64,000 nucleotides of DNA from assembly GCA_963674965.2 (NCBI GenBank), contig CAXXFL010000006.1, positions 672,001 through 736,000 on the forward strand, given 5' to 3'. The stretch's first letter is position 1; each line of letters begins with the position of its first letter. Made by a program: the position numbers and the translations under genes. Below, one piece after another: positions 50,667 to 60,087 of the stretch. This DNA is from a bacterium (lineage in GTDB: Bacteria; RBG-13-61-14; DATKZS01). The notes under the pieces were generated by a model that ran no database searches, was not told the origin of the DNA, and saw nothing but the letters and a program-made list of their open reading frames with translations.

Positions 50667-51907
50667 AATCTCTTAACGTGCTTCTCACCAATTCCCACTC
50701 AGGCGCCCAGACCGGGTCGGGAGTACAAGCCTACTTGCTGGCGCGGGAACTGGTCAAGCGGGGTCACAAGGTTACCGCGGCTTTCAAGAGGAAAGCCGAT
50801 GACTCCGGCCATCCCCACTGGACGCTTGATAAATTCACGGAAGCGGGAGTTGACATAATACTTGTGCCTTTTGCCAAGCTCAAATACTCGCACACCATTC
50901 CCACGCTCATGGAACTGGGCGACTATCTTTGGGAGAAAAAATTCGACGTGGCCCACTCCTTTTCGGGTATGGACCTAAACTATCTTTATCTCCTTTCCTT
51001 TTTCGTTCCTCTGCCCGCGTTGATTTCCAACCGGGGCACCGCGGCCCCCCTCGATGTATTCAACAGCATTAAATACCGGTCGCGTCGCGTTTCCCGTATC
51101 ATCGCCATCTCCGAGTCGGTCAAGGAACAAATGGCCCGAAGCGGCGGAATAAACAGGGACAAGATTGAGGTGATCCATTCCGGGGTGGACCTGGCCGAGT
51201 TCGATCCGGGTCTGGATGGGGCCGAGGTCCGCCATGAACTGGGGCTGCCTCGGGAGGTTCCCGTCATCGGGGCCATTGGTTCGTTTCGCTTCAAACCCGG
51301 ACATTTGAAGGGCGGGATGGAACTTCTGGCGGCGGCGGGACGGATACTCGAGCGTCATCCGGAAACCAGGTTTCTGATCGTGGGCTCGGTGGATCGGAAA
51401 TTGTTCGATCGCGCTGCCGATCCATCCGTTGCCGATAGTTTCGTATTCGCCGGCTTCAGGGAGGACGTCTCGAGAATGATGGCCGCTTGTGACGTCATCG
51501 TTTCTCCCTCCATCAAGATCGAGGGGCTGGCCGGGGTACTGCGGGAGGCCCTCGCCATGGAAAAGCCCGTGGTGGCGACCGATCTCGGGGGAAACCGCGA
51601 GCTGGTGGTCCCGGACAAAACCGGGCTCATGGTCCCGCCCGGCGATAGCGAGGCCCTGGCCGAGGCCTTAATCACTCTCATCGAGAATCCGGACCAAGGC
51701 GCGTCAATGGCCAAGGCGGGAAGGAAAATAATCGAGCGGGAGTTTTCCCTGGATGACCGAGTCGATCGCGTCGAGCGTCTTTATTACGCGGCCCTCATGA
51801 ATCGGCCGCTCGCGAAAAAAGTCGGCTCCTTTAAGGGCTCGATACGCGTCGGGACCAAATCTCTTTTTCTTCGGGGTCCGGATAGACGCCATCTGGCCAT
51901 GAAATAA
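50663..51907 (+). CDS. GT4 glycosyltransferase
   Basis: IAISES, IHSGVD, EGLAGVLREALAMEKPVVATDLGG. Confidence 0.92.
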   Translation: MKSLNVLLTNSHSGAQTGSGVQAYLLARELVKRGHKVTAAFKRKADDSGHPHWTLDKFTEAGVDIILVPFAKLKYSHTIPTLMELGDYLWEKKFDVAHSFSGMDLNYLYLLSFFVPLPALISNRGTAAPLDVFNSIKYRSRRVSRIIAISESVKEQMARSGGINRDKIEVIHSGVDLAEFDPGLDGAEVRHELGLPREVPVIGAIGSFRFKPGHLKGGMELLAAAGRILERHPETRFLIVGSVDRKLFDRAADPSVADSFVFAGFREDVSRMMAACDVIVSPSIKIEGLAGVLREALAMEKPVVATDLGGNRELVVPDKTGLMVPPGDSEALAEALITLIENPDQGASMAKAGRKIIEREFSLDDRVDRVERLYYAALMNRPLAKKVGSFKGSIRVGTKSLFLRGPDRRHLAMK

Positions 51908-51926
51908 TTCCATCGGCAATGCCAAA

Positions 51927-51960
51927 GACGCCCGGACGGTTAGCAAACCGGCCGGGCGTC
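51927..51960 (+). terminator. hairpin downstream of the GT4 gene
   Basis: GACGCCCGG...CCGGGCGTC perfect 9-bp stem plus inner CGGT/ACCG; weak U-tail. Confidence 0.5.
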
Positions 51961-52233
51961 GCGTTTCCATCAGTCCCTAGCCGTTGGCGCCAGCCTACGG
52001 AAAGAATGGGGGTTAATTCCCTTTGGGCTTTGGTCCGAAATTTTACAGACCGCCACGAGACCTACATCCCAAGTTGTTCAAAATGGGGGAAGTTCGCTAT
52101 TTGAATACCCAACACCAAACGTGATATCTGTACATATTGCCGAGCGAATTTTTTTATGATTTGCCGTGACATTCGTTCTCCCCGATCTTTATTATTCAGT
52201 AAAGGGAAGCACGGCTGACGGGCGCGACCTTCA

Positions 52234-52791
52234 ATGGAAGACAAAGACCTTGTACATAAGGCCCTCGAGGGCGACGAGGAGGCCAGGGAGATTATCTTCA
52301 CCGCCCACGTGGACATGGTCCACCGCGTCTGCGCGGGCTTCGCCAGGGGAGACGCTCAAACGGCAAAGGACTTGACCCACGCCGTTTTTCTCAAGGTATA
52401 TGGAGGGCCGGAATCTTTCGGGCCGCCCTACAAGCTTCGGCAATGGATAGCGAGCATCGCGAGAAACGCGGGACTGGATCACATAAAGGCAATAAACGCG
52501 GAATACGACGCCATGAATCAATACAATCACATACCCCATGGGCGGCCGCTCACGCCGGAGGAGGAACTGCTGGGCAGAGAATGCGGTGAAATGGTCCAAC
52601 AAACCCTGGAGATGGAAAAGAACCGATCGACAAGGGAAACCGTAACCATGTTTTACGAGCGAGGTCTGGCGGTGGCTGACATAGCCCGGGCGCAGCAAGT
52701 ATCCGCCAGCGTCGTCACCAGCCGCCTCGAGCGCTTTCGAGGACGCCTCCGCAAAAACCTGGCTCGTCTCGCCCTGGAGGACCCAAAATGA
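52234..52791 (+). CDS. ECF sigma-70 factor
   Basis: D..LV..AL.GD..A, AKDLTHAVFLK, WIASIARN, region 4 HTH (ADIARAQQVSASVVTSRLERFR). Confidence 0.9.
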   Translation: MEDKDLVHKALEGDEEAREIIFTAHVDMVHRVCAGFARGDAQTAKDLTHAVFLKVYGGPESFGPPYKLRQWIASIARNAGLDHIKAINAEYDAMNQYNHIPHGRPLTPEEELLGRECGEMVQQTLEMEKNRSTRETVTMFYERGLAVADIARAQQVSASVVTSRLERFRGRLRKNLARLALEDPK

Positions 52792-53681
52792 ATACCTGCC
52801 CCATTACCGAGGATTTTCTCGACCGATGCCTCGCGGGCCTGCTCTCCCAAAAGGAGATCGATGAGGGCCGCGAGCACCTGGCGAGCCAGTGTTCCGATTG
52901 TGACGGGTTCTTCGAGTCCATGGGCGAGGAGTCCCAGGAAAATCTTATCGCCCTCTTCCTGGCCAGGCCATCGTCAACCCCGGACGTCCCTCCCCCTCCC
53001 CTCTCGGACGAGGAAAAAGAGCGGATGTGGAAAGACATCGCGGCCGATACCAGGGGCCGTCAAGAAAAGAGAAAGCCCGAGCGGCTCTTGTATTTAAACA
53101 ATCTTTCCAGGCCATTGGCCCTGGCGGCCGGCGTCATACTGGTCGTCGCGGCGGTCTTCATGGCCGGGCGCCTCGTCCCGCCCCGGCAGGACCAATACAT
53201 AAAAGGCGGGGCGGGCGCCTATGAGGGAGATATTTTTCTCCAGTTCATCGTCTCGGAGCGGGGCGGCTCGCCGGACGGCCTGGCCGCCTTCAAGCGGGGC
53301 GTGAACCGGGGCGTGTATGGCAAAGGCGGTTACATCCTGTTCCGCTACGAGATCGACCGGCCGCTCTGGGTTTATCTCATCCATCTGGACCAGGAGGGCG
53401 CGGCCAGGCTTCTCTATCCCGCCGATCGAGACGAGGACCGGCTTCGGGCGGCGGGCGTATATGACGTCAACAAGGGCGAGGAGGTCCTGGCCCTCCCTCT
53501 CGAGGGCATGGACGGTCTCCAGACCTTCTGCGCGGTCGGACAAAAGGAGCGGGCGGCGGAGGGCGGCGAGCTTCCGGGCTCCGTCGCCGAGCGGGTGACG
53601 AGGCTGGCGAACGAGTCCGGGTCGCGGCCCGGCCGGGTACGCGAGAGCGGCATGGATTGTTTTCAGATCAAGGTGGAGTAA
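52788..53681 (+). CDS. putative zinc-binding anti-sigma factor with TM helix and DUF4384-like periplasmic domain
   Basis: C...HLASQCSDC (ZAS-like), single TM, IKG motif, ILFRYE...WVYLIHLDQEGAARLLYP; ATGA-coupled to the sigma factor. Confidence 0.78.
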   Translation: MNTCPITEDFLDRCLAGLLSQKEIDEGREHLASQCSDCDGFFESMGEESQENLIALFLARPSSTPDVPPPPLSDEEKERMWKDIAADTRGRQEKRKPERLLYLNNLSRPLALAAGVILVVAAVFMAGRLVPPRQDQYIKGGAGAYEGDIFLQFIVSERGGSPDGLAAFKRGVNRGVYGKGGYILFRYEIDRPLWVYLIHLDQEGAARLLYPADRDEDRLRAAGVYDVNKGEEVLALPLEGMDGLQTFCAVGQKERAAEGGELPGSVAERVTRLANESGSRPGRVRESGMDCFQIKVE

Positions 53682-53684
53682 ATC

Positions 53685-55355
53685 ATGACAAAAGCCCGAG
53701 TCTTCATTGCGCTTTCATCGTTGTTTATGGCCCTGGTTTTTTCCGGCGCGGGCAGGGGAGACGAACCCTCGGGTCTCGAGGTCTCCCGCGAGCGCATGGA
53801 GGAGGCCTATACTCCCAAGCGCCTGGCCCTGGTGGTGGGTATCGACGACTTCGAGGACCATAGGTGGCGGAGCCTGCATTACGCGGCCAAGGACGCCGAG
53901 GACGTGGCCTCGGCCCTGTCCGACCCCGAGGTGGGCTACTTCGACCGGGTCATCAAGCTGGTGGACCCCTGGGAGACACGAAAAGACGCCGTCATGACCG
54001 CCCTTCGCCAGTTGGACAACGAGAACATGAGCACCGAGGACCTGGTCTTCGTCTACATATCCACCCACGGCACCCTGGGCCGCGACGAGAACGGCGACCT
54101 CAAGCAATACCTGGTGGCCTACGACACCCGGTTCGACGCGGTCCCCCAAACCGGCATAGACCTGGGCGAGCTGACCCGCGCCTTTAACGGCCTCACCAGC
54201 CGCCGCAAGGTCCTGGTCCTGGCCTCGTGCCACTCGGGCATGGGAAAAAGCGAGCTGCCCGACGACATCATGTCCGAGCTCGATCACCTCAAGTCCGACT
54301 TCTTCGTCAAACCCATCGAGTACGCCAGCGAGGCCATGATCGTCATCGGAGTGTGCTCCTGGGGCGAGACCGCCCGCGAGGACCCGGGCCTTCAAAACGA
54401 CGTGTACACCCACTTCTTCCTCCAGGGCATGAAAACCTACGACCGCAACGAGGACGGCGCCGTGTCCATATCCGAGGCCCACGACTTCGCCCAGCGCCAG
54501 ACCTACTACTTCACCAACGGACAACAACGCCCCTTCGCCCGAAGCGACGTCCTCGGGACCGACCCGATTATTCTGTCCGGAAAAGTGAACGGGAAGGGAA
54601 AACCGGTAATTTTCAGCTATAGCGAGGGCCTGGCCGGGTCCAGGCTTTACCTGAACGGCGCGGAAAAGGGTCCGCTTCCCGACGGCTACGCGCTCGAGCC
54701 CGGCTGGAACCGGGTGCGGGCGGTTTACGAGGAGTCGGGCCGCGAGCGCGTCTCGGGCCGCATATACGTCCGGGAAGGAGAGCGCCTTGATCTGGATAGG
54801 GTGGTCCAGGCCCGTTCCGAGCCTCCCCTAGGGGTGGTGGCCGGATACAGGTCGCTGGCCTCGTCCGATCTCCAGGAGGACGTGATGCCCAACGCCGGGT
54901 TCATAGGCGCGGCCTATAAATTCGGGGCCTTTCCCTTCGCCAATACGGCGCTTCGCCTCGAGGCGACCTACGGCCAGACCCAGTGGGACGCAAATATCGA
55001 AGGCGGAGACGCGGCCGACGTCACCGCCGACGCCTTCACGGCCAACGCCGCCCTCCTTTTCGAGCGCGGCTGGCCTGGCGCCGCGCTTTTCGCCGGGCCA
55101 ATGGTTGGCGGAATTTCTCTCCATAAAAGGGTGGATAATGGGGGCCGGGAAAACACGAACGACTCCTTTACCGCCTACCCCGGAGCCATGGCGGGCGCGA
55201 ATTTTAAGCTCGGGCGCGACGCCCGCCTCGAGGTAAGCGACAGGCTTTCATACAACTATTTCAACGTCGACGACGAGGGAGCCTCGACCCTCTCTAACGA
55301 GATCGCCATAACCGTGTTCTTCGAGCCGGCCGCCGCGGCCAGGCTCTTGAGATAG
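53685..55355 (+). CDS. exported caspase-family (C14) peptidase with PEGA-like linker and C-terminal beta-barrel-like domain
   Basis: Signal peptide; KRLALVVGIDDF, YISTHG (His), LASCHSG (Cys), DRNEDG; amphipathic beta-strand C-terminus. Confidence 0.88.
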   Translation: MTKARVFIALSSLFMALVFSGAGRGDEPSGLEVSRERMEEAYTPKRLALVVGIDDFEDHRWRSLHYAAKDAEDVASALSDPEVGYFDRVIKLVDPWETRKDAVMTALRQLDNENMSTEDLVFVYISTHGTLGRDENGDLKQYLVAYDTRFDAVPQTGIDLGELTRAFNGLTSRRKVLVLASCHSGMGKSELPDDIMSELDHLKSDFFVKPIEYASEAMIVIGVCSWGETAREDPGLQNDVYTHFFLQGMKTYDRNEDGAVSISEAHDFAQRQTYYFTNGQQRPFARSDVLGTDPIILSGKVNGKGKPVIFSYSEGLAGSRLYLNGAEKGPLPDGYALEPGWNRVRAVYEESGRERVSGRIYVREGERLDLDRVVQARSEPPLGVVAGYRSLASSDLQEDVMPNAGFIGAAYKFGAFPFANTALRLEATYGQTQWDANIEGGDAADVTADAFTANAALLFERGWPGAALFAGPMVGGISLHKRVDNGGRENTNDSFTAYPGAMAGANFKLGRDARLEVSDRLSYNYFNVDDEGASTLSNEIAITVFFEPAAAARLLR

Positions 55356-55440
55356 CTTTGTCAGGAATAGTCGCCTGAATTGCTTCTAATAGGGGATCAT
55401 AAAATATTTTCAGCGGGAAGCAATCTGGGCTAACTTTAAA

Positions 55441-56418
55441 GGTTCTACGTAATTTAGTGTGGGTGAATTGACCGCCCCCGTTCTCTTTGTCAGAGTAGTT
55501 TTAGCAAAAAGCACCAAAACAAGGAGGACGAGATGGCGGTCAAAAAGGATTATATCGATATTATGGTCAACATTCCAGGTTTTTCCGTTCATCGGGTCAG
55601 CACTCATACTTGGGAGGGAGATGAATTCCCCAGCCTGATGATCGAGCTTTCGCGCGATCGCAACGTTTACAAGTGCAGATGCGGCAGGGAGTTCAGCGCG
55701 TATTACGACTGCGACGAACGTTGCGTCCGTGATCTTTCCTACGGCGTCTTCAAGCGGAGTTACCTTTTTTTCTATCAGGTCCGCGTTGATTGCCCCGACC
55801 GCGGAGTGGTCACCGAGAGCCTCGAGTGGACGCTTCCCCGGGTCGAGTACTCGAAACGTCTTGCCGCCGAGGTGGCTTTGGCCTGCGAGGAGATTCGTAG
55901 CCTTAAGGCCGTTGCCGAGCAGTACGGCCTCCACGAGAAGACGGTCAAGGCCATAGACAAGGCCGCGCTGGATGAGCGAGTGCCCGATCCGTCCGAGGCT
56001 TCTCCCACCGTCATCGGCGTGGACGAGTTTTCCATCCGCCGCCGCCATCGCTACGCCACGGCCGTGATCGACTTCAAGAGCGGTGAAATCCCCTACATCG
56101 GCCTGGACCGGACCAAGGAGAGCCTGTCCTTTTTTTACGAGGCCCTGGGGCCGGAAAAGTGCGAGAAGATCGAGGCGGTGGCCATGGACATGTGGAAGCC
56201 TTATGAGGAGGCCACTCGCGAGCATTGCCCTAACGCCGCGATAGTTTACGATCCCTTCCACGTCATTTCGGCTTACGGACGCGAGGTGGTGGACAAGGTC
56301 CGGGTCCAGGAATTCAGGATGGCCCGAGGCGAACGCAAGGAAGCCATCAAGGGCAGCCGCTACCTGCTTCTTAAAAACGCCTCGAACCTTGACGTGGAAA
56401 GGGGCGAGCACGTTCGGT
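55441..56418 (+). mobile_element. truncated ISL3-family element (left end and 5' part of transposase)
   Basis: Starts GGTTCT after an AT-rich flank; no right end found. Confidence 0.8.
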
Positions 56419-56435
56419 TGTCCTCGCCGACATGA
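55533..56435 (+). pseudogene. ISL3 transposase, C-terminally truncated
   Basis: IGVDEF, VAMDMWKPY, IVYDPFHV, IKGSRYLLLKN; ends at the junction with the Res gene; CPDR where CxxC is expected. Confidence 0.9.
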
Positions 56436-57967
56436 AGGGCGACTTCTCCATCGGCCCCGCTGCCGGCTTTCAACTGACGAACATGGAGAGCACCAGGGAC
56501 CTGGGCATTGAATAGAGTTGCCAGGATGTCCTTGAAAGCCGATTCCCCCGAAAGGCCGAGCTGGCCAAGATAGGTGAACGCACCGCAGAAAAGCTCCTGC
56601 CCTCTGGCGTTGTGTAGTCCGGAGTCCCCCCCCAAAAGCATGTCAAGGTAGCGGATACTCTCGTCTTTCTCCTTGACAAAACGGGCAAGGAACAGAAGGA
56701 TGTCCACCACGTCCGAGACATCCTTTTGCCTTGGCTTCTTGGTTACACTGCCACCAACGAAAATCCATAGAGGCTTTTCGATGAGGAAACGCCTGAGTAC
56801 ATTGTTCTTGTCTTGATATAGTCTCTGCTGCTGATAAAAGGCCAGAAGGCAGGCGGTAAGATAACGGCGGCGATGTTCCTTGATCCGGTCATCTTCCAGG
56901 TTAAGGATGCGGTATTCCTTGCCGTAGCCGTCGCCGTAAAAGTACTTATAGGAGTAGTCGAACACGATGCACTTGGCATACTCGTGGGCCAGGTCTTTAT
57001 TTCCGCTGGCCTTCATGGCCTGGCCGAAGGTTGCGGAGTACTCGAACGAGAATCCCTTCTCGCAGAGGCGGTTCCTCATTTGCATCCAGTGTCCAACTTC
57101 GGACCCGCTCGACCCACGGTGCCCTTCATCGACCAGGACCAGGTTATTCCCCTCGAAGGCGTCGATGGCTATAGTCTTGTCGCCGGTGGTCTCACGTAGC
57201 TTATGAATATCGATGATCTCGATCCGCTTGCCCGTAAAAAGCCCGCCCGCGTCCTTTTCAAAAAGCGCGGCGTCCATTCCCGAAAGCCAGAACTCGTCCT
57301 GGTGCTGAAGGCTGAGGCCCTCGTTCGGGGTAAGCAGAATGATCCGGTTAAGATCGCTCTGTTTTCCGTGAAGCTTCAGGTAGTGCTCATATTGGAGGAT
57401 GTTGATGTGCATGAGCAACGTCTTGCCCGACCCGGTCGCACTCCAGAATGCCAGTTTCTTAAGATCTTCGACCTTGTAGGGCTTGATCTGCGCATCCGTC
57501 GGTAGCCCCGTGGCAAAGAGTTGGCCGAGGGCCTTCTGCTGGAAGGTCTCGCCATTATTGAACCTATCCACATAGGCGTTGAGGTCATCAAGGAGCTTTT
57601 CCGGGTTCCGGAAAAAGCGGTCGAGATATATCTCGGTGAAAAGCAGACAGAGGTACTGGAAGTATTTCAAGTTGAGATTATGTCCTTCGGCGTTGCGTTT
57701 CTCGGTGATCATCTTCCAGTGGCGAACAATGTTCTCGTCATAAGCCAACAGAAGATCGTCCGGCAAGTCCGGTCTTTCAAAAGTCAGCTTAAGACATTGA
57801 TGATAACGAGAGATGCCGTCCTCGCCGAATCCCTCAAAGGCCGGGTCCCGCAAGTGCTTGGCCAGGTCATCGAAGGTGGCCACGCCGAAAAGGTCAAGCA
57901 GCCAGCTAACCAGCACCAGCCGGTGTTCGAACTTGACCTTGCTAGCTTTTGCATTCTTCTTAGCCAT
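56418..57967 (-). pseudogene. type III restriction endonuclease Res subunit, N-terminal helicase half only
   Basis: WSATGSGKT, LVDEGH, EYSATFGQA, FDYSYKYFYGDGYGK; similarity ends at VGEDN where ISL3 sequence begins. Confidence 0.88.
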
Positions 57968-57978
57968 TAAGTTCTATC

Positions 57979-58407
57979 CTACGCAGTGAGAGCCTTCAGT
58001 TTTTCAAACCATTCGCCGAAGTGTGTGCATTTAGAAAGAATGGTTGGCAAGCCAATTTCCTGAACCACCAATGGACCGGCCGAAGCCTTCATCCATTCAT
58101 ATTCTGGGATTTCTTTAATGATTCGTTTCGAAGGAGCGCTCTCGGCACCGTCGTCGATCAATTCTGGTGTATCGGACTGAGATGCAATTTCTACAAGACG
58201 CTGTATGGCAATATTGTGCTCAAAATACTGAACATCCAGTTTCGTCGGGTCTGAAAATATCAATGCCTCGAACTCATGAAGCTGAATGTAGGGAACGAAT
58301 CGCGGATGATCAATATCTTCTCCCAAGGCCTTTTCCAATGTAGCAACTCGTTCGTAGGGGTCCACCTTTTTGGCGGCATCTTCATACCCAGGGAAATCGT
58401 TGGGTAA
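57979..58407 (-). pseudogene. DUF4276-family protein, 5'-truncated by IS
   Basis: LPNDFPG, FVPYIQLHEFEALIFSD, PELIDDG..SAPSKRI, C.HF.EW. Confidence 0.82.
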
Positions 58408-58494
58408 CGGCATGGATTGGGTCTCCCCTCTGTGCCAACGTAGATGAGACACTTCCCCTATGTTAAATTACTGTAGGGCGGGGGAGGTATTAGG

Positions 58495-59034
58495 ATGTAT
58501 AGAGAGATGGATGAAGACAGGAAGAAGGCAGGGATTGTTGGGGAGACGGAGGGAGCCCGTAGGGCGACCGGAGTCTCCCCAACCGGGACGGCCGAGCCGG
58601 AGGACACTCCTGCCAAGCGGCCCGAGCGGGTGGGGGCGCCGATCATTCTTCCCGAGCCGGAGGTCCCGGAAAAGCCCGCCCGGCGGCGCTTCACCGCGGC
58701 TTACAAGCTCGCAATCCTCGGGAAGGCCGACGCCTGCTCGGGGCATGGCGAGGTCGGCGCCCTGCTGCGCCGGGAGGGCCTTTATTCGTCGCACCTGACG
58801 GCCTGGCGCAAGCAGCGGGACGAGGGGGCCTTGAAAGCGCTTTCGCCCGTAAAGCGGGGCCGCAAGCCCAAGGCCAAAAACCCGCTGGCCGATGAAGTGG
58901 CCCGCCTCGAGCGCGAGAACCGGAAGCTCCAAAAGCGGCTCGAACAGGCCGAGATGATAATCGACTTCCAAAAAAAAGTTGCCGATCTGCTGGGGATACC
59001 CCTGGCCAAGCCGCCCGGCGAAGAGAGCGAATGA
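58495..59034 (+). CDS. IS3-family transposase OrfA
   Basis: RRRFTAAYKL, LLRREGLYSSHLTAWR HTH, leucine-zipper-like tail, IIDFQKK. Confidence 0.9.
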   Translation: MYREMDEDRKKAGIVGETEGARRATGVSPTGTAEPEDTPAKRPERVGAPIILPEPEVPEKPARRRFTAAYKLAILGKADACSGHGEVGALLRREGLYSSHLTAWRKQRDEGALKALSPVKRGRKPKAKNPLADEVARLERENRKLQKRLEQAEMIIDFQKKVADLLGIPLAKPPGEESE

Positions 59035-60047
59035 TGGAATCGGCAAGCACGGCCGCTCCCCGGGTCGGCGCCAAGGCCGCCTGCGAGGCCCTGGGCCTGT
59101 CGCGAGCAACGTTTAATCGTCGCGCTAAAATTCCCTTCGGGCCTCCGCCGCCGAGGCGCGCGGCCAAGCCGGCAAGGTCGTTGAGCGAGGACGAGCGGCG
59201 CCGGGTGCTGGACGAACTCCACTCCGAGCGCTTTGCCGACAAGGCCCCCCGCGAGGTCTGGGCAACGCTCCTGGACGAGGGGACATGGCTGTGCTCGGTC
59301 CGCACCATGTACCGCGTCCTCGACTCGGAAAAGGAAGTCCGGGAGCGGCGCAACCAACTCCGGCGTCCCCGATACAAAAAACCCGAGTTGCTGGCCGAGG
59401 CCCCCAACCAGGTCTGGTCCTGGGACGTCACCAAACTCAAGGGACCGGCCAAATGGACCTGCTACCAACTCTACGTGATCATGGACATCTTCAGCCGCTG
59501 CGTGGTGGGATGGATGATCGCCGGACGCGAAAGCGCGGAGCTGGCCCGCCGCCTGATCGGGGACAGCATCCGAAAACAGGGGATCGAGCCGGGACAACTC
59601 ACCATCCACGCCGACCGGGGGAGTTCGATGAAATCAAAGCCGGTGGCCTTCTTGATGGCCGACCTGGGCGTGACCAAGAGCCACTCGCGGCCCCACGTGT
59701 CCGACGACAACCCCTACTCGGAAAGCCAGTTCAAGACCATGAAGTACCGGCCCGAGTTCCCGAGCCGGTTCGGCTCCATCGAGGACGCCAGGGCCTTTTG
59801 CGTGAAGTTTTTCGATTGGTACAACCGCGAGCATCGGCACACCGGGATCGGCCTGATGACGCCCGAGATGGTCCATTACGGAATGGCGAGCGAGATCGTG
59901 GCCGCCAGGCAAAAAACGCTCGACCACGCCTATGAAAAAAAACCGGAGCGCTTCGTGAAAAGACCGCCGACGGCGCCGGAGTTGCCCGGCAAAGCGTGGA
60001 TCAACCCACCGGAGAAACCGGAGGAAACAAACAGTTTGCCACACTAA
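59031..60047 (+). CDS. IS3-family transposase OrfB (DDE)
   Basis: PNQVWSWDVT, DIFSR, HADRG, DNPYSESQFKTMK. Confidence 0.93.
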   Translation: MMESASTAAPRVGAKAACEALGLSRATFNRRAKIPFGPPPPRRAAKPARSLSEDERRRVLDELHSERFADKAPREVWATLLDEGTWLCSVRTMYRVLDSEKEVRERRNQLRRPRYKKPELLAEAPNQVWSWDVTKLKGPAKWTCYQLYVIMDIFSRCVVGWMIAGRESAELARRLIGDSIRKQGIEPGQLTIHADRGSSMKSKPVAFLMADLGVTKSHSRPHVSDDNPYSESQFKTMKYRPEFPSRFGSIEDARAFCVKFFDWYNREHRHTGIGLMTPEMVHYGMASEIVAARQKTLDHAYEKKPERFVKRPPTAPELPGKAWINPPEKPEETNSLPH

Positions 60048-60087
60048 ATTCAGGAAAGGCGTGTCTCATTTTGCTTGACACATTCCG

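Larger units (their letters stand above)
58431..60082 (+). mobile_element. IS3-family insertion sequence, about 1.65 kb, apparently intact
   Basis: 22-bp IRs TGTGCCAACGTAGATGAGACAC / rc TGTGTCAAGCAAAATGAGACAC (17/22 identical); orfA+orfB; no target duplication. Confidence 0.9.

Noticed and set aside
56360-56417. Res C-terminus RTCSPLSTSRFEAFLRSR as genuine protein
   Set aside because: It is antisense ISL3 transposase sequence read past the fusion junction
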